DNA from: a virus
Lineage: Duplodnaviria > Caudoviricetes
Strand: one strand, 5' to 3'
IMG/VR virus record: IMGVR_UViG_3300023055_000005
Length of the DNA: 64,000 nt
Shown piece after piece: positions 18,458-27,669 of the stretch (positions are counted from its first letter, which is position 1; each line of letters opens with the position of its first letter). The notes below the pieces were generated by a model. It had not been told where the DNA came from and did no database searches. It was given only the letters and a program-made list of their open reading frames with translations. A program made the translations under genes and the position numbers.

Positions 18458-19504
18458 TTAGGTCAGCGGCTTGGACAGGGTGAAGTGGCCCAGCACACGA
18501 GCGGTGAAGACATCCTTGCGGATGGCCACAGCCGTCGCCGAGACCAGGTTGCCGAACAGGGCTTCCAGGTCCACCAGTGCCTGCAGCTTCAGGCCGTTGG
18601 CGCTGGCCGTCAGTTCGATGTCAGCCACCGACGGTTCGCCTTCGGTCACTTCCTCGCGCAGCAGGTACACGCCTTCTTCGACGTGCATCTTGAGGGTGAC
18701 CTCACGGTCGCCGACAACACGCAGGCGGAAGTCGTACAGGCTGTCGATGGTCGCGCCGTCTTCCAGAGCGACCGGGTTGGCCACTTCGAAGAGCACCATG
18801 TACTTGGTGCCCGGCAGGACTTCGTGGCCGCCGTTGCTCCACTTGACCGGACCGTCCATGTTGGCGCCCACGCCGACGATGGTTTCCTGGTTGGTGCCGA
18901 CTTCGTAGAACACGTGGTCCACGATCGACGGATCCATGTCCGGATTGGTCAGCGACTCGGTGTAGGCGTTGAGCACCTTGCCGATGTGCGAGGGCTTGGC
19001 GGTCGGGTACTGGAAGCCGCGCAGCGTGGTGTGGGTGACGTAGCTCGGCAGCATGATCTTTTCAGCGATCAGCTCGACGGTCATTTCACCCAGGTAGACG
19101 TACGAACCCGGCTTGGCGCGCAGGGTCAGCGTGCCCGAGCCGAACTCGCCCGGATAGTCGCCGATGACTTCGACGTCGGTCGGTTCCAGCTGCAGGCCGT
19201 ATTCGGCGTTGATCGCATCCAGCAGCGTGGCGTCGCTGATGACTTCCTTGGCGGAGAACTCGACTTCCTGGTCGATGAACATGCGGTCCAGGAACAGGCG
19301 CTCGAAGCGCGTGGTGACCGGACCGTACCAGTAGCTGGTCGGCGAAGCGGTGACAGTACAAGCGGTATTGCGCTCGTCCTGGTTCAGGCTCAGCTGCACC
19401 GGAGCTGCGAAGATCAGCTCATCGAAGGTGAAGGTGGCGTCGTTGTCATCATTGATCAGGTCCAGGAGGAGTTCCTTGCCCGGCTTGTTCAAGTAATCGA
19501 TCAT
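18458..19504 (-). CDS. Tail tip/adhesin paralog 1 (phiKZ gp131-135-like family)
   Basis: N-terminal KELLLDLINDDN…RLFLDRMF…INAEYGLQLE…LPSYVTHTTLRGFQYP module. Confidence 0.75.
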   Translation of the reverse strand: MIDYLNKPGKELLLDLINDDNDATFTFDELIFAAPVQLSLNQDERNTACTVTASPTSYWYGPVTTRFERLFLDRMFIDQEVEFSAKEVISDATLLDAINAEYGLQLEPTDVEVIGDYPGEFGSGTLTLRAKPGSYVYLGEMTVELIAEKIMLPSYVTHTTLRGFQYPTAKPSHIGKVLNAYTESLTNPDMDPSIVDHVFYEVGTNQETIVGVGANMDGPVKWSNGGHEVLPGTKYMVLFEVANPVALEDGATIDSLYDFRLRVVGDREVTLKMHVEEGVYLLREEVTEGEPSVADIELTASANGLKLQALVDLEALFGNLVSATAVAIRKDVFTARVLGHFTLSKPLT

Positions 19505-19581
19505 TTCTAGGTGCCTTTTCTGGGTGGAGCGGGGATGAGGAGACGCTCACATGATTCGCAAGCGGGGACTACTTTCTGGTG

Positions 19582-20739
19582 TTAGACGTAGAAGTTGACC
19601 GGGAAGTCGATGAAGAAGTCCGGCTTGTTCGGGTTGCGGCGATGCTTCAGCTTCAGGCGGAAGATCATTGCGCCACCGCGATACCACGAGGTCGAACCAC
19701 CGCCGGTAGCCGAGATGTAGTTGACACCAGCCTGCGTACGAGCCACATGCGGGTAGGAACCAGCAGCCGGCTGAGCGCCCAGCCCCACAGCCATGGAAAC
19801 GCGGAAGGTGGCGGCGGGGGTGATGGTGGTACGCAGCGGATAGAGCAAACCGGAGTCGCTCTTGAACGGTGCGGAGGTTCCGACCTGATCAGCCAGGGAC
19901 AACTTCATTTCCGGACCCACGCCAGCTGCGCCGATCTCGATGATGCTGACGTCGTAGTCTTCCAGGATCTGCGAGTTCTTCAGAGCAACGCCATCCTTGG
20001 ACGCGGTGACCGTCACGGCTGCAGTGGAGGAGCCCTGGTTGCTATAACGCCAGGCCATCTGTCGCACGCCATCGGCGCGGTCCAGTACCTGATACGGCGT
20101 CTGCGGGCGAACGTTGCCACCCATGTCCAGCTCGATCGACAACTTCAGATCACCATAGTCCTTGATGAACGAGTTGTAGAAAGTACTGCCGGCCTGCCGT
20201 GTGGCGGTGGTCTGGATCGGATTGTTCGGCGAGGGGATATCGCTGTTCGGATAACCGAAGCCGTCCAGATCCGTGACCAGGAGGCGTGCCGCCAAGGGCA
20301 TGCGTTCCAGATCAACGAAGACGTCGAATTCGCCAGTGTAGGCGAGATTGTCAGCCTTGGCCTTGACCTTGTAAAGTTCCGGGAGATCGCCGTCTTCTTG
20401 GGGGATGACGTCAAACTCACGCACATCAAACTTCGTCCCGTAGGTGAAGTTGAGGTGGCAGATGATATCCGAAGCAGTCGCGCCCTTGGGGACAGACACT
20501 TCGGCCATCTGGCCGCTGAACACCGTGAGCAGATCGAGTCGGGAGAAATCGACATCGACGTCACGGTTCCAGGGTGAATCAGGCGCGGCCTTCAGGTTGA
20601 GCAGGGTGTTGCCTTCAGCAGCACCACCTTCGGGAAGTCCGAAGATCAACTGATCTTCGGAGATCTCGGTCTCGTTCTCCTGATTGACGAGGTCAAGGAT
20701 CAACTCCTTGCTCGTCTTGGCCAGGGGACAGACTTCCAT
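19582..20739 (-). CDS. Tail tip/adhesin paralog 2
   Basis: MEVCPLAKTSKELILDLVN…ERMPLAARLLVTDLDGFGYP; AGGAGAG RBS. Confidence 0.8.
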   Translation of the reverse strand: MEVCPLAKTSKELILDLVNQENETEISEDQLIFGLPEGGAAEGNTLLNLKAAPDSPWNRDVDVDFSRLDLLTVFSGQMAEVSVPKGATASDIICHLNFTYGTKFDVREFDVIPQEDGDLPELYKVKAKADNLAYTGEFDVFVDLERMPLAARLLVTDLDGFGYPNSDIPSPNNPIQTTATRQAGSTFYNSFIKDYGDLKLSIELDMGGNVRPQTPYQVLDRADGVRQMAWRYSNQGSSTAAVTVTASKDGVALKNSQILEDYDVSIIEIGAAGVGPEMKLSLADQVGTSAPFKSDSGLLYPLRTTITPAATFRVSMAVGLGAQPAAGSYPHVARTQAGVNYISATGGGSTSWYRGGAMIFRLKLKHRRNPNKPDFFIDFPVNFYV

Positions 20740-20772
20740 CAAACTCTCCTACTACTTAAAACGTGGAGGGGA

Positions 20773-21888
20773 TCAGCGGAACGCGGTACGCGTCACGACG
20801 ATTTCCTTGGAGCGCTTAGTCTTGTGCTTACCACGCAGGGTAGCGATCAGCAAGCCGGTCGTACCAGCACTACCGCCGCCGCCACTGCCGCGGGACATGC
20901 CCAGGGTGATCATGCGCGGCTGGATATGGTTCTGAGCGGCCTGGCTGAAGTCCCACTCGAAGTTGAAGCCGGCCGTGGAGCGATAGCCGGCGAGCGTGCC
21001 GCCAGTGACGTCCATGCCGAGCGTGACGCCTTCCCCCTGCCAGGCAACCTGGCCATTGGGCTGAACCACCGGAAGCAGCGTGACCTTACCGCGAGTGGAG
21101 GCCATCTCCAGGGAGAAATCGTACTCGGCCATCAGCTGGACAAGCGAGCGCTGATCGCTGGCCGTGACAGCCGCCACCAGATGCGGGAAGCGATAGCTGC
21201 CGCTGCCGACGGGACTGCCCACGCCCAACGCTGCGCCTTGCGGATCACCGCTGACCATCGTCGGGTAGTTGACCGGGAAACCGCGCACTTCGATTTCCAG
21301 CTTCACATCGCCGTTGTCACCGAAGCGGTTCTGCAGGTTGTTGACGATCGGGCTGTCGGTGTAGATGACGTTGTTCATCGACGGGACGTCAGCGTTCGGA
21401 TAGTGGAAGCCATCCAGATCGGTCTGTAGGATACGCGCAGCCAGTGGCATGCGCTCCAGGTCCACGAACAGCGGGAACTCGCCGGTGTAGGCCAGGTTGT
21501 TGGGCAGAGCGCGCAGCTTGTACGGCTCGGGGATGCCGCCGTCTTCCTGCGGCAGCAGTTCGAACTCATCCACCTTGAACGACATGTCGTAGGTGAAGTT
21601 GAGGTGACAGATGATGTCAGCCGCCGTGGCGTCCTTGGGCACCGACACCGACACGTCCTGACCGGCGAACAGCGTTGCCAGATCCAGACGATCGTAGACG
21701 ACATCGACGAAGGAGTTCCAGGGGGAATCCTCGGCCGCGGCTACGTTCAGACCCGTGTTGCCATCTTCCGTGCTGGCAGTGGGGAGGCCGAAGACCAGCT
21801 GCTCTTCGGTGATGGTGGAACCGTTCTCGGAGTTGATCAGTTCGAGGATCAATTCCTTACCGGGTTTTGCAAGAGGACAGACGTCCAT
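20773..21888 (-). CDS. Tail tip/adhesin paralog 3
   Basis: MDVCPLAKPGKELILELIN…ERMPLAARILQTDLDGFHYP. Confidence 0.8.
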   Translation of the reverse strand: MDVCPLAKPGKELILELINSENGSTITEEQLVFGLPTASTEDGNTGLNVAAAEDSPWNSFVDVVYDRLDLATLFAGQDVSVSVPKDATAADIICHLNFTYDMSFKVDEFELLPQEDGGIPEPYKLRALPNNLAYTGEFPLFVDLERMPLAARILQTDLDGFHYPNADVPSMNNVIYTDSPIVNNLQNRFGDNGDVKLEIEVRGFPVNYPTMVSGDPQGAALGVGSPVGSGSYRFPHLVAAVTASDQRSLVQLMAEYDFSLEMASTRGKVTLLPVVQPNGQVAWQGEGVTLGMDVTGGTLAGYRSTAGFNFEWDFSQAAQNHIQPRMITLGMSRGSGGGGSAGTTGLLIATLRGKHKTKRSKEIVVTRTAFR

Positions 21889-21982
21889 CTAAGTACCTGC
21901 TGTGGTGGGTGAAGCGTGGAGAGATTAACCGGTGGACCTTCCTTGGTCCTAGGTATGGGCGGGTAAGAACGAGGTGATGCTA

Positions 21983-23143
21983 TCAGACCGCGGTGGCGGC
22001 AGCCTGGATTTCCAACGTCTTGGCACGACCAGCCTTGCGAACTGCCCAGAGACGGTACTCCATCATGCCGGTCAGTTTGGTCGAACCCTGGCTCAGTCCC
22101 GGCCAGATGTTGGTGTTGCGATCAAGCGACATCGCATGCGTGCCATCACGCGGAACAGTGGTGAAGGCCCCGCGACCGAAGTTGTTGGGTCCATCGACCT
22201 GCCAGAAACCAGCCGTGTTGTAGTTCGAGGCGCCGGGAACATCACTGTCACGACGGTACTTGAAGGTACGAACCTGCCACTGTTGAGAGGCACTCGCGCG
22301 CGAGCGAGTTTCCATGAAGACATCGTAGTCTTCGATCAGCTCGACCACCGTCTTGCCGACGTAACGCAGGCCGACGAGCACGTTCCAGCTGGCTGCCTGC
22401 GTCAGGTTGCCATTGGTCTCCTGCCAGGTGGTAAGACGACGCGGTTCGCCGGCAGGCCCGTACTTGACGCCGATCGGGTAACGCGATTGCTGCCAGCCGC
22501 CGTTGGTATTGGAGGTACGCAGACCCAGGACAACCTCGGAGTTCTCACCACGATCGTAGCCGAGCTTGTTGTCCTGAGCGCCGCCATCATTCCACGCGCC
22601 GTCGACGTCCTTGAAGAACACCGGGTTGTTCAGCGACGGGCGGTCAGCGTTGGGGTACATGAAACCATTCAGATCCGTCTGCAGGATACGAGCCGAGAGC
22701 GGCATCCGTTCCAGATCGACGAACACATCGAAGGTGCCGCCGTAGGCCAGGTTGTTGTCGAGGGCTTCGACCTTGTACAACTCGGGCAGGTCGCCGTCTT
22801 CGACCGGCGTCACCTTGAACTCGGTAACGTCGAACTTGGTGCCGTAGGTGAAGTTCAGATGACAGATGATGTCAGCCGGCGTTGCGCCCTTCGGAACGGA
22901 GATCTCTGCGCGTTCACCATGGAACAAGGTGTTCAGGTCGAGACGATCGTAGTCCACGTCCACGAAGCTGTTCCACGGCGAATCGGGCGCCGCGGTAAGA
23001 TTCAGTCGGGTGTTCTGCTCGGAATCGGTGGACTGCGGTTCACCGAAGATGAGCTGCTCTTCGGTAATCGCCGAGGCGTTCTCGGCATTCACCAGTTCGA
23101 GGATCAGCTCCTTGCCAGTTTTGGCAAGAGGACAAACTTCCAT
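21983..23143 (-). CDS. Tail tip/adhesin paralog 4
   Basis: MEVCPLAKTGKELILELVN…ERMPLSARILQTDLNGFMYP; GGAG RBS before the ATG at 23143. Confidence 0.8.
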   Translation of the reverse strand: MEVCPLAKTGKELILELVNAENASAITEEQLIFGEPQSTDSEQNTRLNLTAAPDSPWNSFVDVDYDRLDLNTLFHGERAEISVPKGATPADIICHLNFTYGTKFDVTEFKVTPVEDGDLPELYKVEALDNNLAYGGTFDVFVDLERMPLSARILQTDLNGFMYPNADRPSLNNPVFFKDVDGAWNDGGAQDNKLGYDRGENSEVVLGLRTSNTNGGWQQSRYPIGVKYGPAGEPRRLTTWQETNGNLTQAASWNVLVGLRYVGKTVVELIEDYDVFMETRSRASASQQWQVRTFKYRRDSDVPGASNYNTAGFWQVDGPNNFGRGAFTTVPRDGTHAMSLDRNTNIWPGLSQGSTKLTGMMEYRLWAVRKAGRAKTLEIQAAATAV

Positions 23144-23155
23144 CAGATTCTCCAA

Positions 23156-25111
23156 TTACGCGAGTGGATTGGTGCGGAGGTTGAATTCCATGTACAGAGG
23201 CTGTCCGCCCTTCTTCGGGGTCAGGGTCATCTTGACAACAACGAGCCCATGAACACGAGTGTAGGTGGTGCCGTTTGCGGTCTGCTGCCAGCGCGCCATG
23301 CCGGGGAACCAGGCATTGTTGGGAGACGGTGCCACCGAGATGGTGACCGCCGCAGCCGTATCCGGCGTAGGCAGGGTAACGATCTGACTACCGACAACAG
23401 CGCCGTTCTGGTCCAGGAACTGCAAGATACGCGGTGCCGCCGGATCAGCACGCATGGTGCCGGACTTGATGGTCGGCTGAATACCCGCCTGACCCGAGGA
23501 GAACTCCCACGTACCGTCGTACTCGTCAAGGACCATCTGCGCATTGAACGGCTGGTTCTTGCGAGTGGACGCCATGCCGAAGACGATGAGCAGACTCTGG
23601 ACAGGCGCTACGGCCGACTTCGCCTGATCGTAGGTGTGGTAGGTGATCGACTCATTGCCAGACAGGGTATTGCGCAAGTCTGAGCGGTTGACACTTTCAC
23701 CAGCGAGTTGAATCGTTCTGCGGCCGAACGTGTACAACATCACCTTGCCGTCGTCAACGGTCTTGCCGCCCCGCAGATACAGTGCGTTGTTGGCAGGGGT
23801 GGTGTGACCCGTCATGCCCAGCATGTTCTGACGATCGCCCCATGCAGGATTCTCGTCAATGACGATACCCACCTCAGGCGTTGTACGGAACTTGTACTCC
23901 AGACGAATCGGATCGGCCGGACCTTCCTTGCGAACCATCTCCAGGACCATCTTGCCGCGGCCACGGACTCGCGTGGTGATCACAGAGTTGACAGTCTTGG
24001 AGATCGACCGCATGGCGGGAAGGGGCTCAGCGGGACCGGGGTAGAAGTCCGCCATGAGGTATCTGCCACCCTGCGCATTGGTACGCCCGGAACCCTGACG
24101 ACGCGCGGCACCGGCGGCTGCGGTGGCCGCATCCGGTACGATGAAGAAAGAGTCAGCGCGATTCGGATCAACAGCGAGCGTGTAGACGCAGGTGACCTCG
24201 TCGTAGCCATGATGGGAACTGACAGTCGTCAACTTGATGTCGTACAGATCCAACAGTTCACTGGCGGTAGCCAGAGTGGTGGTACGATCAGCATGCATGA
24301 AACCGATACTGGGGAACATGCCGCCGCGAGGCGTGTTGGTGTACGCGTCGGGTTGTTCGACGATGTACTCGCCAGTCTCCTCATCGAAGGCATGCTTGAA
24401 GTTGGTGAAGTTCCGCGTCACGTCCTGACCAGGAACCCACTTCGCAGCGCCCACGGCAAGGAAGGCTTCGAACTCACCATTATTGGCAGTGACAAAACCA
24501 CTCATCCAACCCTGTTCCTGCTGCGCAGCCGGCGGCGGCGAATAGGAACCAATGGAAAGGAACCCACGGTAGTCGCTATTGCTGTCGTAGTACACGTTGG
24601 TCAGGGTGGGCGGGCGATACGGGTAGCGGAACCCGTTGAGGTCAGTGACCAGCAGTCGAGCCGACAGAGGCATCCGCTCCAGATCCACAAAGAGATCGAA
24701 GGCGCCCGTGTAAGCCAGATTGTCGTCCTTGGCAGTGATGCGGTAGACCTCAGGGAGATCCCCGTCCTCGATGGGCGTCACTACGAACTCGTTGACGTCG
24801 AACTTCATCCCGTAGGTGTAGTTCAAGTGACAAACGATATCCGAAGGAGTGGCACCTTTGGGTACGGAGATCTCCGGGCGTCCTGCGCCGAATACAACAC
24901 CCAGGTCCAATCGGGTGTAGTCGAGATCAACAGAGTTGTTCCACGGTGCATCGGGAGCAGCGGCGAGATTGAGGGTCGTGTTGCCCTCAGCTGCGCCGTC
25001 TTCAGCAGTGCCGAAGATCAACTGCTCCTCTGCAATCGTGGTCTCGTTGGTCTCGTTGACCAAGTCAAGGACAAGCGCCTTGCTGGTTTTTGCGAGAGGA
25101 CAGACCTCCAT
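23156..25111 (-). CDS. Tail tip/adhesin paralog 5, with two C-terminal domains
   Basis: 651 aa; same N-module; two LxxYD and terminal RKxG-type motifs indicate a tandem duplicated C-domain. Confidence 0.8.
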   Translation of the reverse strand: MEVCPLAKTSKALVLDLVNETNETTIAEEQLIFGTAEDGAAEGNTTLNLAAAPDAPWNNSVDLDYTRLDLGVVFGAGRPEISVPKGATPSDIVCHLNYTYGMKFDVNEFVVTPIEDGDLPEVYRITAKDDNLAYTGAFDLFVDLERMPLSARLLVTDLNGFRYPYRPPTLTNVYYDSNSDYRGFLSIGSYSPPPAAQQEQGWMSGFVTANNGEFEAFLAVGAAKWVPGQDVTRNFTNFKHAFDEETGEYIVEQPDAYTNTPRGGMFPSIGFMHADRTTTLATASELLDLYDIKLTTVSSHHGYDEVTCVYTLAVDPNRADSFFIVPDAATAAAGAARRQGSGRTNAQGGRYLMADFYPGPAEPLPAMRSISKTVNSVITTRVRGRGKMVLEMVRKEGPADPIRLEYKFRTTPEVGIVIDENPAWGDRQNMLGMTGHTTPANNALYLRGGKTVDDGKVMLYTFGRRTIQLAGESVNRSDLRNTLSGNESITYHTYDQAKSAVAPVQSLLIVFGMASTRKNQPFNAQMVLDEYDGTWEFSSGQAGIQPTIKSGTMRADPAAPRILQFLDQNGAVVGSQIVTLPTPDTAAAVTISVAPSPNNAWFPGMARWQQTANGTTYTRVHGLVVVKMTLTPKKGGQPLYMEFNLRTNPLA

Positions 25112-25126
25112 CTTTGTTTCCTCAGA

Positions 25127-26305
25127 TTACTGCGCGAAGAGCGCGGTGCGATAGATCAGTTCGATCGGCTTGGCCAGGCCTTTCTTGCGAGTTGCGGTGA
25201 GCTTGAAGGTCACCATACCCGTGCAGCAAGCCGGTCGCTGCGTCGTGCCAGGGATAGCCATGGTGGATGCTGTCAAGCTACCGAACATGCCGGTCGGCGT
25301 GTAGGGGATACCGATGGTCGCTTCATAGCCAGTGACGCCGTTCTGAATCTTCTGGACCAGGTCGATACGCTGGCCGTCAGTGAACTCGACCCGCAGCCTG
25401 GTCCCAAACCGAATGACCTTACTGCTGCGGATGACGCCGCCGCCACCATTCAAGGCGCTCACGGTCATTTCCATCGCAATGTCGTAGCCGTCGAGCAGAT
25501 GTTCAAAATTGCCCTGTTCAGCCTTGAGCCCCATGAAGAGGCTAAGTACTGGCGCGTTGCGATAGATCGTGTTGTTGTACAGTGCGCCCGTGCTTGTGCA
25601 GGTGTAGTACGGAGGGTTTGCGCTGGCGGAGTAACCAGCCGCCTGGAAGATGGCGGCGTTGTTCGTCGATGCCGACCAGCTGGAACGACCGCCCATGAAC
25701 ATTTCATCGTTCTCGGCGATTTCGAACCCATTCCGATTGCCAGTGGGCATGTGGCCAAACGCCCACGTTGCGGGCATGGTTTTGTTGTGAGAGACGACGA
25801 CGTCACCACCGGCATTGTAGCCGAAACCATTCAGATCGGTCACCGTCAGTCGAGCCGACAGGGGCATGCGATTGAGGTCTGCAAAGACATCGACCGAACC
25901 GATGTAGGCCATGTTGCCAGCTTTCGCCGTAACCTTGTAAAGTTCCGGCAGCTCACCATCCTCCTGGGGAACAACGTCGAATTCATTGACGTCAAACTTC
26001 AGGTCGTAGGTGAAATTGAGATGACAGATGAGATCGGCGGCGGTAGCACCTTTGGGCAGGGACACCTCCGCGCGCTCGTTGTGGAACAACGTGCCCAGAT
26101 CGAGACGATCGTAGGACGTATCCACAAACGAGTTCCAGGGCGCGTCAGGCGCTGCCGTGAGGCGGAGGGCAGTGTTACCGCCTTCCAGGCTCTCTTCCAC
26201 TTCGCCAAAGATCAACTGCTCTTCGGCGATATTGCTCGAATTCTCCTGGTTGACCAGATCGAGTACGAGCAGTTTGCTGGGCTTTGCCAACGGGCAAACG
26301 TCCAT
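25127..26305 (-). CDS. Tail tip/adhesin paralog 6
   Basis: MDVCPLAKPSKLLVLDLVN…NRMPLSARLTVTDLNGFGY; AAGGAGAA RBS. Confidence 0.8.
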   Translation of the reverse strand: MDVCPLAKPSKLLVLDLVNQENSSNIAEEQLIFGEVEESLEGGNTALRLTAAPDAPWNSFVDTSYDRLDLGTLFHNERAEVSLPKGATAADLICHLNFTYDLKFDVNEFDVVPQEDGELPELYKVTAKAGNMAYIGSVDVFADLNRMPLSARLTVTDLNGFGYNAGGDVVVSHNKTMPATWAFGHMPTGNRNGFEIAENDEMFMGGRSSWSASTNNAAIFQAAGYSASANPPYYTCTSTGALYNNTIYRNAPVLSLFMGLKAEQGNFEHLLDGYDIAMEMTVSALNGGGGVIRSSKVIRFGTRLRVEFTDGQRIDLVQKIQNGVTGYEATIGIPYTPTGMFGSLTASTMAIPGTTQRPACCTGMVTFKLTATRKKGLAKPIELIYRTALFAQ

Positions 26306-26315
26306 GGTCTTCTCC

Positions 26316-27518
26316 TTACGATGCGATGGCGTCGGTGATGATCTCAATCACCTTGGCGCGGCCGGTCTTGCGGGTCAGGGTCAGCTTGGTCTTGATCTGA
26401 CCGCGGTAGATCGACATGTTCGTCCCGTTGACAGTCGTATTGGTGACCCGCATGCCGGGGAACAGCGCTTGGTTGCTGCTGTCGGTCCGGAACTTGTAGG
26501 TGGTCTTACCCGACCCGGAGTTGCTCAGGTTGCCGATGACGACGCCGGTATCCTTGTTGACCAGACGCAGGCGCGTGGCATCGGTGGGCAGGTATTCGAC
26601 CCGGCACGTAACCTTCTTCTCGCCCGAGCCATTCGGGAACGCCGTCGTGACCTCCAGTTCGACATCGTAACCCTCCAGGATATCCTGGAACTTGTTCTGC
26701 TCGGCGGTCAGCTGGAAGCCGAAGGCAACCTGCCAGCTTCGAGCATAACCGAAGTTACTGTGCGAACCGGTGGCGGTACTGATCGGGTAGACGCCATCTG
26801 CATTCGGGTCAACGCCAGTGCCGCCGGTGGTATCCCAGCCACCCCTGGTATTGAAGGCACGCACGAACGCCACCACCTCGCCGTTCTTGGCGAAGTTGAA
26901 ACCCTTGCGGTTGTCGGCGATGCCGCTCGAAACAATGGCCGCAAAATGACCATCCGGAGCCAGGGCATTGCGTTCGAAGATGATGTTGTTCAGGGACGGC
27001 GTGTTGGCGTTCGGATAACCGAAGCCATCCAGATCCGACTTGGTCAGGCGGTCGCTCAGCGGGGAGCGGGTCAGGTCCAGGAACAACGCCACCTGGCCGA
27101 TGTAGCCCAGCGAGTTGGGCACCGCCTTCAGGACGAACTCACCGGGGATATTGTCGGCCGACGGAGCCGGGGAGATTTCCATCTCCAGGTTGGAAAGACG
27201 CGTGTCGTACTCGGCATTGATGCGCGAGATGATGTCTTCCTTGGAGGCGCCCTTGGGCACTGCCAGCTCGACCCCGCCACCGAAGTAGCGATTCAGGTCG
27301 CGGCGATGGTAGTCGACCTTGACGCTCTTGTTCCAGGGGGCATCCGGATCGGCGATGACTTCGGTACGAGTGTTGGCGTCGCTGCCTTCGATCGGTTCGG
27401 CCAGACTGTTGGGCAGGCCGAAGTCGATCTGCTCGCGCTCGATCGTACTTTCGTTTTCACTGTTGATCAGATTCAGCAACAACTTGTCGCTGGTCTGAGG
27501 CTGTTCATTTTCGCTCAT
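26316..27518 (-). CDS. Tail tip/adhesin paralog 7
   Basis: SDKLLLNLINSEN…TRSPLSDRLTKSDLDGFGYP; GGAG RBS. Confidence 0.8.
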   Translation of the reverse strand: MSENEQPQTSDKLLLNLINSENESTIEREQIDFGLPNSLAEPIEGSDANTRTEVIADPDAPWNKSVKVDYHRRDLNRYFGGGVELAVPKGASKEDIISRINAEYDTRLSNLEMEISPAPSADNIPGEFVLKAVPNSLGYIGQVALFLDLTRSPLSDRLTKSDLDGFGYPNANTPSLNNIIFERNALAPDGHFAAIVSSGIADNRKGFNFAKNGEVVAFVRAFNTRGGWDTTGGTGVDPNADGVYPISTATGSHSNFGYARSWQVAFGFQLTAEQNKFQDILEGYDVELEVTTAFPNGSGEKKVTCRVEYLPTDATRLRLVNKDTGVVIGNLSNSGSGKTTYKFRTDSSNQALFPGMRVTNTTVNGTNMSIYRGQIKTKLTLTRKTGRAKVIEIITDAIAS

Positions 27519-27567
27519 TTGAACGACTCCATTAGTGGGCTGAGTGGATTGATCGTATCCCTCCTAG

Positions 27568-27613
27568 GACATAGGATTGGTCTTTATAAAACGACGCCAC
27601 CCAATCTTATGGC
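27568..27613. promoter_or_regulatory. Divergent putative late-promoter pair (TATG on each strand) in an inverted repeat
   Basis: CATAGGATTGG (27570-27580) and CCAATCTTATG (27601-27611) lie between divergent genes. Confidence 0.45.
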
Positions 27614-27669
27614 TACCACGAAAACATCAACTCATTGATGCTTTCTTTTCCCCTTAACGGAGTCCTTGC

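Noticed and set aside
18458-27518. Shufflon or diversity-generating retroelement
   Set aside because: No recombinase or reverse transcriptase, all genes are complete and co-oriented, and there are no inverted crossover sites or template/variable repeat pair.
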